A program made the translations under genes and the position numbers. From positions 64,001 through 128,000 of the forward strand of contig JAHPZH010000004.1 of NCBI GenBank assembly GCA_019058315.1: DNA of 64,000 nt, written 5' to 3'. This DNA is from Candidatus Helarchaeota archaeon. GTDB taxonomy: Archaea; Asgardarchaeota; Lokiarchaeia; Helarchaeales; RDOG01. Positions 30,140 to 39,432 of the stretch are shown piece by piece; position 1 is the first letter of the stretch, and every line of letters starts with the position of its first letter. The notes under the pieces are model-generated. The model ran no database searches, was not told the DNA's origin, and was given only the letters and a program-made list of their open reading frames with translations.

Positions 30140-31130
30140 AGAAAAAGTATCTGATAAAAAAACTTTTGGTGATTTATACTTAGGCATTGATGTAGGAAGT
30201 GTTTCTACAAAATTTGCAATAATTGATGACAATATGGAGCTGAAATATGCCACTTGGGCAAGATCTAAAGGCTCACCTATTACCTCTATCCAAGAAGGAT
30301 TTGATAGTTTAAGAAAAAGTCTATCTGATGAAATGGAATCACGGATTAAAGGAGTAGGAACCACAGGATCTGCAAGATACTTAACTAAAGCACTTGTGGG
30401 TGCAGATATTGCAAAAACTGAAATTATTGCTCATGCAGTGGCAGCATCTTACTATATTCCTGGCGTTAGAACCATCTTGGAAATTGGAGGTCAAGATAGT
30501 AAAGTAATACTGCTGAAAGATGGAATTATAACCGATTTTGCCATGAATTCTATTTGTGCAGCAGGAACTGGTTCATTTCTTGATCATCAAGCACACAGGT
30601 TGGGAATAGCTATAGAAGAATTTGGTGAGATGGCAGCTAAATCAAAAGTAGGGGTAGTTATTGCTGGTAGATGCACTGTTTTTGCAGAATCAGACATGAT
30701 ACATAAACAACAGATGGGACATTCTAAAGAAGATATAATAAAAGGACTTTGTGAAGCATTGGTTCGAAATTATTTGAATAATGTTTGTAAAGGAAAGAAA
30801 TTAGAACCACCAATCACTTTTCAAGGTGGAGTTGCTGCAAATTCGGGAATAAAAACAGCCTTTGAAAAGGAACTAGGGCATGATATTATAATTCATGATT
30901 ATTTCCTTACGATGGGAGCAATAGGAGCTGCAATGTTAGCAAGAGAGCATATTTTAGGTGAAAATACAACAACTAGCTTTCGTGGATTTAAAGTTAGTGA
31001 TATGAAATTTACACCAAAAGCTTTCAATTGTTCTGATTGTCCCAACCAATGTGAAGTCACTTATGTTGAGAAGGATGGCGGAGATATTATTGCTCGTTGG
31101 GGCGATAGATGTGGTAAATGGACTATGTAG
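30126..31130 (+). CDS. ATP-dependent CoA-substrate activase (BcrAD/BadFG/HgdC family)
   Basis: GIDVGSVSTK, TGS.R, EI.AH, EIGGQDSK, CAAGTGSFLD, RCTVFAESD, C-terminal CxxCxNxC. Confidence 0.92.
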   Translation: MVIVEEKVSDKKTFGDLYLGIDVGSVSTKFAIIDDNMELKYATWARSKGSPITSIQEGFDSLRKSLSDEMESRIKGVGTTGSARYLTKALVGADIAKTEIIAHAVAASYYIPGVRTILEIGGQDSKVILLKDGIITDFAMNSICAAGTGSFLDHQAHRLGIAIEEFGEMAAKSKVGVVIAGRCTVFAESDMIHKQQMGHSKEDIIKGLCEALVRNYLNNVCKGKKLEPPITFQGGVAANSGIKTAFEKELGHDIIIHDYFLTMGAIGAAMLAREHILGENTTTSFRGFKVSDMKFTPKAFNCSDCPNQCEVTYVEKDGGDIIARWGDRCGKWTM

Positions 31131-31138
31131 GTGATTTT

Positions 31139-31324
31139 ATGGCGTATGTTATTAGAAAAACCCTAGATGTCCTTATTAATCGCTTTATTTTTGAAGATCG
31201 TGTTAGAATTTCGGAATTTGTAGATATGATAACAGATAATTTATATAAGATTCTGCCAAAAAATTTGGTAAGACCTGTTCATGAAATATTAGATGCTTTT
31301 GTCGACGAACTCATGTGGAGTTAA
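31139..31324 (+). CDS. Small hypothetical protein (61 aa) closing the operon
   Basis: AGGTGA SD overlapping the upstream stop, then ATG at 31139. Confidence 0.6.
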   Translation: MAYVIRKTLDVLINRFIFEDRVRISEFVDMITDNLYKILPKNLVRPVHEILDAFVDELMWS

Positions 31325-31504
31325 TGTATTTTTATTTTTTATAATTTATACTGTCCTTTTTTCAGAAAAAAGAAAAATATTATAAGACCATTAAATAGGT
31401 TTTTATAAGTTATTTTTCAGACTAATAAGCGATAGAATATTATTTAGCACAAATTTTACTATTACATTAAATTAAAATTATTTGTAAATGGAGCGATTTT
31501 AAAA

Positions 31505-33124
31505 TTGGTTACCAGTTCTATAATTAAAACTACACAAAGTTTATGTCCAGAATGTAAAAAGGTTATTGATGCACAGATAGTGGAAGAAAATGGCAAAGTA
31601 ATGATGTATAAAAAATGTGAAGAACACGGAAATTTCTCGGATATATTATCTATTAATCCAGCCCACTTTAGATGGAGCCAACAATTTATGATTAATGGAC
31701 AAAAACCAGATAATCCATGTACTTCAACCAAAAAAGGCTGTCCATACGATTGTGGAGCTTGCGAGAAACATAAAAGCTCTCCAGCCATTGCAATTGTTGA
31801 TGTAACATATCGATGTAATTTAAAATGTCCAATCTGTTTTGCTAATGCAGAGGCTCGTGGGCTTAATTATGAACCTTCATTTGAAGAATTAGTTAGAATA
31901 TTTAAACATTTTAGAAATATAACTCCTCAACCTCCAGTTTGTGCAATGTATGCTGGTGGTGAACCCACTATGCGAAATGATTTACCTGAGTTGTTGGCTG
32001 AATGTATTGATATGGGCTATATGCAATTACAGGTCGCTACAAATGGCATAAGATTAACAAATATAGATTATTTTCAAGAATTAATTGACGCTGGAATGCC
32101 AAAAAAGAAAAATAGTATAACTAGAACTGTCGTCTATCTTCAATTTGACGGAATTGAACGTGAAACATACCTTAAAACAAGAGGGGTTGACATTCTCGAT
32201 AAAAAATTAAAAGTAGTAGAAAATGCAAGAGAATTAAATTTTCCAAATATAATTTTAACACCAACAATCGCTAAAGGGGTTAATGATCACGAAGTTACAA
32301 ATATTCTACAGTTTGCTATTGATAATATCGATGTAGTAAATACAATTATGTATCAACCCATGGCGATGTGCGGGAGATTTGAAAAAGAAAAGCTCCACGA
32401 AATGAGAATTACCTCTTCACACTTAGCTAAACAAATATTGGATTATACAGGCGGAAAATATGGGATGGTCTACCCGTTACCTACAATTTCAGAATTTGCA
32501 AAAATCATCGCTTGGATGAGCAATGAGGAACCAGTCGAATTTACTTGTTCCGCAGATTGTGGCTTTGCGAACTTTTTATTTGTAGACCCAAACACTAAAA
32601 AATTAAAAGGACTCGAAGATTTAATTAATTCAAAAAAATTTCTCGACGTTTGCCATAAATGGTATGAGCGAGTTGAGAGAGAAAAGAAATGGGAACGCGA
32701 AGGAAAGAGTGGAAGTGTTCTTGACCAAATAAGAAAACAAATAACTAAATTTAGAATCTTTGGCGAAATCGGCCAATATATTAGACCTCCGAAACTAGAT
32801 GCAGAAGATATTTCCCATTGGGGGCATATTGTCAGAAACTTTTGGGATGTTTTAGTCAATACATCATGGGATTCAAGTGCAAATTGGTTAATTGGCGGAA
32901 ACGTTCTTCTGGTAGGCTTGATGCACTTCCAAGACTTATATAACTTCGATATTAATAGAGTAAATCGATGCTTAGTTCATTATGGTTACATAGATCCAGC
33001 TACAAACCAAGTTAGACAAATCCCGTTTTGTGCTATGAATGCTGTTCATAGGGAGCGCATTGAAGACGAACTAGAGCAAGCTGATAAAATGGTTCAATAT
33101 ATTCCCGAAGTAAAATCTAATTAA
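31505..33124 (+). CDS. tes: Tetraether lipid synthase / GDGT-MAS radical SAM enzyme
   Basis: T.SLCPEC..C..HG, CPYDCG.C..H, CNL.CP.CFA, YLQFDG, C..DCG, MHFQD.YNFD..RV.RC..HY, IPFC..N. Confidence 0.88.
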   Translation: MVTSSIIKTTQSLCPECKKVIDAQIVEENGKVMMYKKCEEHGNFSDILSINPAHFRWSQQFMINGQKPDNPCTSTKKGCPYDCGACEKHKSSPAIAIVDVTYRCNLKCPICFANAEARGLNYEPSFEELVRIFKHFRNITPQPPVCAMYAGGEPTMRNDLPELLAECIDMGYMQLQVATNGIRLTNIDYFQELIDAGMPKKKNSITRTVVYLQFDGIERETYLKTRGVDILDKKLKVVENARELNFPNIILTPTIAKGVNDHEVTNILQFAIDNIDVVNTIMYQPMAMCGRFEKEKLHEMRITSSHLAKQILDYTGGKYGMVYPLPTISEFAKIIAWMSNEEPVEFTCSADCGFANFLFVDPNTKKLKGLEDLINSKKFLDVCHKWYERVEREKKWEREGKSGSVLDQIRKQITKFRIFGEIGQYIRPPKLDAEDISHWGHIVRNFWDVLVNTSWDSSANWLIGGNVLLVGLMHFQDLYNFDINRVNRCLVHYGYIDPATNQVRQIPFCAMNAVHRERIEDELEQADKMVQYIPEVKSN

Positions 33125-33206
33125 AACTAATTCTTAATTCCACATTTTTTTCTAAATCCCCAATAGACTATAATTGATATAACAAAAAAGTGTAAAAAAA
33201 TTGTGT

Positions 33207-33683
33207 TTAAATAAGTTCTAGGGGATTGGATAAAACAAAATACAATGCTATAGGGATTAGTGTTTCTACTGTTGGACTATATTCTTCAAGTTTGACTGGT
33301 GTAATAGGCGCTGTTTCAGTATCAGTCTTTTCTAACTTTCCGTTTATATATATATTTACTGTAATTAGACCACCTCCAATAAAGGATGTGTGTTCAAAAC
33401 TCGTTTTAGCAACTTGTGATCCAGCTATGGTTCCATTGTAATTATAAGTACCAGGTCCTTCCATTTCTGATCCTCCATGTTCGCCTATAGTCCAGTTTCC
33501 TTGCCAATCCCGATTGCATATAACTTCTATGCGCACTTTGACTGGAACTAATGCAAGAGCTGAAATATTGAATAATTGTAAATTTCTCGTTTGATTGTTA
33601 TTATAAGTCATAAATCCTATTGAACCTACGACCGCTGCACCGCCAAGGATTGCTATAAGCAAAATAGCAAATTTCTTTTGCAT
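33207..33683 (-). CDS. Hypothetical exported or membrane-anchored beta-rich protein
   Basis: N-terminal hydrophobic signal/TM; GGAG SD. Confidence 0.6.
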   Translation of the reverse strand: MQKKFAILLIAILGGAAVVGSIGFMTYNNNQTRNLQLFNISALALVPVKVRIEVICNRDWQGNWTIGEHGGSEMEGPGTYNYNGTIAGSQVAKTSFEHTSFIGGGLITVNIYINGKLEKTDTETAPITPVKLEEYSPTVETLIPIALYFVLSNPLELI

Positions 33684-33778
33684 TAATAATTCTCCAATAA
33701 TTTATTTTTTAATGTAAATAATAATTATGGAAATAAAAAACTTGTTAAGGGAAAAAATTGGTAAATAATTTTCTGATT

Positions 33779-34732
33779 TCATAAAATTTTCCATTTTATC
33801 AATCTATTCAATAGAAGTTTTAGAAATTTTTGTTCATCCACTTCTGTACAGACCCTAATTCTCTTTTTTTCAGAGATTTCAGAATCAGGAATAATCGTAA
33901 TTTTTCCTTCTTTTGCAGCGAACATTAATGATAATCCTCTTCCTGTTCTATATTTTTTATCAATTTTAGAAAAATCTCTCTTTTTATAGTTAACACTTAA
34001 TCCCAGATTTACAGATTTAAACAATGATTTATCTAAAAGATATGCTAGTGCAATTGGATCGTGGGGATTAAACCCTTTCCCAATCACCTTACTTAAAGTT
34101 AACCAAGGCTTGATGTGTTTTGTCAAATATTTAGATATTCGTGTATTCGCATTTTTTATTGCTAAATAATGAACATCCTTAAATAAAACTTGTGTTGTAA
34201 CCTCCAAACCAACTAGGGTTGTCTCAATTGGTTGAGAAAATACAATATTTGCTGCAAATCCATCATTTGCTATGTTAAATTCAGTTTTAAGTCCAAACCG
34301 AATCCTAAGTTTCTCTGGAAAGACCAAACCTCCCATAATTAATAATTGCTTTAAATCATCAATTATTTCTGGTTTTTGTTTTATAGCCGAGCCAACATTT
34401 GTTAAAGGGCCTAAAGCAACTAACGTAATTTCATTAGGATTTTCTAAAATATGATTTATTAAGAATTCAGTTGCTTTTGTTTTAATTCCTAACCATTTTT
34501 TATTATATGCACCTTTAAAAACAGGGATTTCTTGACGTTCTGCCACTTTAAGGATGTCCCTTGCTACTAACGTCACTTTTTCTAGAGATGAATTCCCATA
34601 TACTGTTGTAATTCCTTCAACACTTAATTCAGGAGAATTTAAAGCCATAAAAATAGCTAAACCATCGTCTATATCAGATCTTGGTATTGAAATTGCAGGA
34701 TCTGCATCAATTAGAATTCGTTTTGTCTGCAT
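33779..34732 (-). CDS. Inosine/uridine-preferring nucleoside hydrolase family
   Basis: D.DP......D.DD, TVYGN, LGPLTN, EFN...D, HDP. Confidence 0.88.
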   Translation of the reverse strand: MQTKRILIDADPAISIPRSDIDDGLAIFMALNSPELSVEGITTVYGNSSLEKVTLVARDILKVAERQEIPVFKGAYNKKWLGIKTKATEFLINHILENPNEITLVALGPLTNVGSAIKQKPEIIDDLKQLLIMGGLVFPEKLRIRFGLKTEFNIANDGFAANIVFSQPIETTLVGLEVTTQVLFKDVHYLAIKNANTRISKYLTKHIKPWLTLSKVIGKGFNPHDPIALAYLLDKSLFKSVNLGLSVNYKKRDFSKIDKKYRTGRGLSLMFAAKEGKITIIPDSEISEKKRIRVCTEVDEQKFLKLLLNRLIKWKIL

Positions 34733-34829
34733 ATATATCTAACATTAAGAATTAATTGATAATTCATTTATCTTTCTAAAATCAAAAATAATAAAATATT
34801 CTAGAAGATTACTTAATCCAGAATATAAT

Positions 34830-36308
34830 TTAATCTAGGGCATTTATTTTATCATTTATTTTTTGTAGGGTATTTTTATCAAATCTGACAACACCTTCTA
34901 TAATTAAAAATCCAAATTCTGCTGCCCAATCAAAAATTATTTTATGAAATGTCTTCTTATCCATGTCTAATGCATCCCGCATTGTGTCTAATTTTATACT
35001 ATTTGAAACTTGCACTATAATTTTCAATTTTTTAAGTCTATTTATATCATCGGATTTTTTAATAGGTCCTATTCTGGATTTTTCCAGATCTTCTATCTGA
35101 GTCATATTTCTTATTCTCTCTAATTTCCCCCTCATATCAGTTTCTAGCTCTTTATCTACAAATTCTTCTTTAGGTTCCAATATTTCCATTGAAGAAATTA
35201 CTGCTCTAGATTCAATTATAAAGAATATACCAATTAAGTTGCTAAAGGCAATTGTTAAAATAAAATTTAATATAGATATGGTAAATATGGAAGGAGAACG
35301 AGAACTTATAAAAATAATTGGTGTATAATAGTAACGATAAGTAAAAATCCTTGAAATATTTATTATTATAATAGATATTGTTCCATATATTGAATTGAAA
35401 ATTCCTGAGATAAGAGTGAAAGTTGGATATCTTGTTTCGTCTTTTATTTTTATTAAACCTATACCAGTTAATATATAAAATGTATAAAGTAGATAATAGG
35501 GGAAATAGAGAATAGCAGGAAAAATAGCACTAATGGAAACCCCAGAAATAAAAGAAATTATGAATGCCACATTAGCAAGATTACTTCTATAAAATTTATG
35601 ATATTCACGAACTCCATATCCCATTAAACATATAGAAATGCCTGTTAAAACAAATATTGGTAAAATAAAAATTGTAGAATAGCTATAGTGAAAGTGCCTA
35701 TAAAATATTGGTAAAATAAATGTTATTAGAGTAAAAAAATAATAAAGAAAATTTCCTACTCCTCCTAATGTTAAAAATTTTCGAGATATTCCCTCTCTTC
35801 TTTTTATTTCCCCTAATTGACTTCTCCTAGCATATAAAATTGAATTGAATATGATTCCTTGGATTGTCGTAATAATATTTATTATGGTAAATACCAAAAT
35901 CCAAGATGGTATGGTCGGTTGTAAAATATAAAGAATAAAATAAAGATGTTTAAAAGGTGTCATATTTGCAATAATGTACAGAATAAGATAAATTTCCTTC
36001 AAATGGTTCATCTGACCATAATTAGAAGCTATTAAGGGAGAAAAAATAAAACTTAGAACCCAGGTTGGTATAGCTAATCCAAATCCAATATTTATACAAT
36101 CAGGTCTATTTTCAGCTGTTCCTATTAGATACATAATTATAGATGGAATAGAAAGACCAAAAAAAATGGAGAATAAAACAACTAAAAATATTCCAGTATA
36201 TGGAGGTATTTCTATTGTTAATAACCCAGTAAATAAGATTATTGGAATAATTATTAAAATAATTAATATAATGCTTATATATAATGAAACTTTATCATTA
36301 GTTCCCAT
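34830..36308 (-). CDS. Multi-pass membrane protein with soluble C-terminal wH/PCI-like domain
   Basis: About 11 TM helices, then IKLD.MR..L.M....F...IFDWA.EFGF. Confidence 0.65.
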   Translation of the reverse strand: MGTNDKVSLYISIILIILIIIPIILFTGLLTIEIPPYTGIFLVVLFSIFFGLSIPSIIMYLIGTAENRPDCINIGFGLAIPTWVLSFIFSPLIASNYGQMNHLKEIYLILYIIANMTPFKHLYFILYILQPTIPSWILVFTIINIITTIQGIIFNSILYARRSQLGEIKRREGISRKFLTLGGVGNFLYYFFTLITFILPIFYRHFHYSYSTIFILPIFVLTGISICLMGYGVREYHKFYRSNLANVAFIISFISGVSISAIFPAILYFPYYLLYTFYILTGIGLIKIKDETRYPTFTLISGIFNSIYGTISIIIINISRIFTYRYYYTPIIFISSRSPSIFTISILNFILTIAFSNLIGIFFIIESRAVISSMEILEPKEEFVDKELETDMRGKLERIRNMTQIEDLEKSRIGPIKKSDDINRLKKLKIIVQVSNSIKLDTMRDALDMDKKTFHKIIFDWAAEFGFLIIEGVVRFDKNTLQKINDKINALD

Positions 36309-36403
36309 TTAACCTCATCCTAGAAACTAATCTATTTTAATTGATATATAATGTGTAATTCTTTTAATTTATAAGGATTATGAAAGACTCACATTTTATT
36401 AGG

Positions 36404-36538
36404 TTATTTAAATTCATCCAATATCTTTGTTATTAAAATTCCTAATTCTTCTTCTGAAAGTTGTCCAATTCGCAAGTCCAGTAAATATTTTGGCAATCCT
36501 AAGCTATGTACCAGCACCATACTTTGTTTTTTCTCCAT
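36404..36538 (-). pseudogene. 44-codon fragment duplicating the C-terminus of the 37642-39366 protein
   Basis: MEKKQSMVLVHSLGLPKYLLDLRIGQLSEEELGILITKILDEFK vs MTKKQSMVLVRGLGLPNYLLDLRIGQLSKDELEILINKIMDEF. Confidence 0.75.
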
Positions 36539-36559
36539 TTTTTCCCCTATCTTATTATG
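36410..36559. repeat. 150-bp direct repeat, copy B (copy A at 37645-37794)
   Basis: Ungapped; 18 mismatches by my count (about 88% identity). Confidence 0.9.
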
Positions 36560-37617
36560 TTGAAAGTTGAAAGTGTTTTATCCAAATTTTCCCAATTTTT
36601 TGTTAATTTCTTCAATAATTTACTAATACGTTTAAGATATATATCACTTAAAGATTGTGTCTTATCTGTATGGGAAAGAATTGAATTAGCTGCCTCTATA
36701 CCACTAATAAACGCAGCAGGGATTCCTTCACCAAAAATATTCATTAAACCTGCGGCCTCACCAACAAGGAGAATATTATTTTTACCAAATTTAAATCCTG
36801 GTTTAAAATCCTTTTTCAATATATTTGGTTCCATACAACCTTCTTTTCTAATTTTCTCTTCTATTCTTAATCCATACCCCTCTTCTAAATATTCAATAAA
36901 CTTTGCATGAAATTTTTGTATATCTTTTCCTTTAAAAGCTCCTACACCAATAATAATTTGACCATTTTTTTGATTTGACCATGCATAACCATCCGAGAGT
37001 CTCTTATCCAGAAAAGCATAAAAATATCTGGGATCTAAATCAATTTTTCCTTTATAATATTCTTGAAAAATCGCTACATACTCTAATTTAAAATCTGGAT
37101 AAAGAATTTTTCGAACAAAACTTGTTCCTCCATCTGCACCGATCAAATAGTCAGCATTTACATTTATAATTTTATTTTGATTTGTAATTTCATCCTTTAT
37201 TTTCATTTCTATAATTAATTTATCTTGTTTAGAAGAAAAATTTTGAAATTCTGTATTAGACCAGACTTCTGCTCCAGCTTCACTTGCTTTTAATACAAGC
37301 CAATAATCAAAATCTCTCCTTAATACGTTATAAAATCTATCAGGGACTTTTATAAATTCAGAATTCATATTTAATTGAATCTGAACTCCTTTCCCTAATC
37401 TTGGTCTGACGCAGACAGCCTTAGGAATTGGCATGGATTCCTTCTTAAGAATATTTTGAGCTTCTTTAGAAACAAGTCCACTACAGATTTTATGTCGTGG
37501 GAGAGATTTTTTCTCAATTAATAAAACATTTTTTTCAGCATCTGCTAATTTTTTTGCAGCAATAGCTCCCGCAGGTCCACTACCCACTATTATTACATCA
37601 AAGGATTTTTCTTTCAT
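36547..37617 (-). CDS. Geranylgeranyl reductase-family FAD oxidoreductase
   Basis: DV.IVGSGPAG, R.K.CSG, R..FD.WL, GADG..S, GYAW, VGEAAG.....GEGI. Confidence 0.85.
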   Translation of the reverse strand: MKEKSFDVIIVGSGPAGAIAAKKLADAEKNVLLIEKKSLPRHKICSGLVSKEAQNILKKESMPIPKAVCVRPRLGKGVQIQLNMNSEFIKVPDRFYNVLRRDFDYWLVLKASEAGAEVWSNTEFQNFSSKQDKLIIEMKIKDEITNQNKIINVNADYLIGADGGTSFVRKILYPDFKLEYVAIFQEYYKGKIDLDPRYFYAFLDKRLSDGYAWSNQKNGQIIIGVGAFKGKDIQKFHAKFIEYLEEGYGLRIEEKIRKEGCMEPNILKKDFKPGFKFGKNNILLVGEAAGLMNIFGEGIPAAFISGIEAANSILSHTDKTQSLSDIYLKRISKLLKKLTKNWENLDKTLSTFNIIR

Positions 37618-37641
37618 AAAATTTCACAGTTGAATAGTATA

Positions 37642-39366
37642 TTAAAATTCATCCATTATCTTATTTATTAAAATTTCTAATTCGTCTTTTGAAAGTTGTC
37701 CAATTCGTAAATCCAGTAAATAGTTTGGTAATCCCAAGCCACGTACCAACACCATACTTTGTTTTTTAGTCATTTTTTCCCCCATCTTATTATGATATAT
37801 TATAAAACTTTCTTTTAAAGCATTGCTTACTTTTTTTGTTCCTTGTTCCAATGTTTCTCTTAATATATATCTACTAGGTTCTAGGTCAAGTAATAATTCC
37901 TTGAGTATAGGTGTCACTCTATAAAGATAGCTGATTTGAGAAAAACGAGGTTCATAAGCTTCTGGAGGAATTTCTGCAATCATATTCCATTTCCAAAATA
38001 TTTCTAGCAGAATTTTTGTAATTAATGAAATAGTGACGGTAATGGATTTTAAATCAATATCTTTAAAACGAATCGGAAGTGCTATATAAACACTTTTACA
38101 CTCCTTAATTTGTATCCAATCAATTATTGCATCTAAATTAAAAATGGGAGATTCAACGACTAATTTTTCATAAATTAATTGTTCAGAAGTGCCCAGCTCG
38201 ATATTTTTAACAACAATTCCCTTTTTCATAATTTGATTTTGCAATGGTCCAAATGTAGGGTTAATAAAGCCAATGAATTTGGGAGATCCTACTAAAAGCT
38301 CACGTATAAGTATATTTATTGGCTTCTCTTGGATTAATTTATGCCTTATTGAAGGACTTAATAATTGAGTAAGATCTTCTTTTTCTGTATAACCCGAATA
38401 TATAGATCCAATCATTTCAATAGGACGCTTGATATGGTATTTCACAGGAATTAATTTAAAAAGATGAGAAGTTGAGCCAATGGACTGAGCCTTTAGATAA
38501 ACATTAAAATTTTCCAAAATAGTCCTTGCAACTAATCCTAGTTCATTTAAAAGTTCTTGAAATTGAGTTCCTATAAATAAATCATTTGGACTGTAACCAA
38601 AACAAGAATAGATTATTCCATTAGTAGTTAATGCGTTTATTGCATGTGTAAGAAAAAGCTTAGCACCATTTATTGTAAAAGGTGGATCGGTAAAAACTAC
38701 ATCAAATGAAGATAGTAATTCGCTAGGAAATCCCAATCTTAAATCTTGATGGTGAGTTTTGATTTGAAATGAATGTTCATCAGCAATATTTTGAATTAGA
38801 GACAGTAATTGATCATCGATATCTACTACATGGATTTCTTTAGGACCTCCTTTTTTTGCAGCAGCTAATGAAGTCATATCATAATCTCCTAGGAAAAGGA
38901 TTTTTGAGTTGCTTAAGGCATTCTCTCTTTCTAAAAATAAAACTCTACGTAATAAAGTATTTATCGTCGCATTAAATTGATCTAAAGAACGTTTTGGAGG
39001 AGATCTTTTAATCAAAATATTTTTAAGAAAAAGGGAAATTTCCTCTATTTCTTTTGTATAGTCTCCTAAATTAATCCAGTCAAATTTTTTCAAATCACTC
39101 AATTTAAAGTTATTTAAGAATTTTTGAAATACATCTTTACCTTCTTTTGTAACTTTGATATATTCTGATGGGCTTAAAAGAAATATTTGAAGTGGTTTAA
39201 GGATTTTTATTATTATAGACTTAGGAAGCCTGCTCATTTGGATAAGTTTATTCATTGTTAATTCATAAGAAGATAATATTATGGTTATTATATCTTTGAA
39301 ATAACTTATTTGAACATCTGACTTGTTGATTAAATCAAGGAGATTATTTAAAGTAGGCTCAGCCAA
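37642..39366 (-). CDS. Branched-chain polyamine synthase (BpsA)-like protein fused to a degenerate KsgA/Dim1-like domain
   Basis: DQ..AT..T..RR, FLGDYD.TS, VDID, DLR, FTDPPFT; C-terminal half with INPTFGPL..IEL, VVESP, IPPEAYEP, LRIGQLS. Confidence 0.7.
   Translation of the reverse strand: MAEPTLNNLLDLINKSDVQISYFKDIITIILSSYELTMNKLIQMSRLPKSIIIKILKPLQIFLLSPSEYIKVTKEGKDVFQKFLNNFKLSDLKKFDWINLGDYTKEIEEISLFLKNILIKRSPPKRSLDQFNATINTLLRRVLFLERENALSNSKILFLGDYDMTSLAAAKKGGPKEIHVVDIDDQLLSLIQNIADEHSFQIKTHHQDLRLGFPSELLSSFDVVFTDPPFTINGAKLFLTHAINALTTNGIIYSCFGYSPNDLFIGTQFQELLNELGLVARTILENFNVYLKAQSIGSTSHLFKLIPVKYHIKRPIEMIGSIYSGYTEKEDLTQLLSPSIRHKLIQEKPINILIRELLVGSPKFIGFINPTFGPLQNQIMKKGIVVKNIELGTSEQLIYEKLVVESPIFNLDAIIDWIQIKECKSVYIALPIRFKDIDLKSITVTISLITKILLEIFWKWNMIAEIPPEAYEPRFSQISYLYRVTPILKELLLDLEPSRYILRETLEQGTKKVSNALKESFIIYHNKMGEKMTKKQSMVLVRGLGLPNYLLDLRIGQLSKDELEILINKIMDEF
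37645..37794. repeat. 150-bp direct repeat, copy A (3' end of the BpsA-like gene)
   Basis: Aligns without gaps to 36410-36559. Confidence 0.9.
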
Positions 39367-39432
39367 ATTTTTTACCTTTCATTTGATAATTAAATAGTTT
39401 TTAATTAATAATTATATTTAAATAATAAATTT

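Noticed and set aside
36506-36910. 134-aa + strand ORF and the other short antisense or overlapping ORFs in the track
   Set aside because: They shadow well-supported genes on the opposite strand or in another frame and show no motifs.
36404-37794. Transposon or IS around the GGR gene
   Set aside because: No transposase, integrase or terminal inverted repeats; only a diverged direct repeat.
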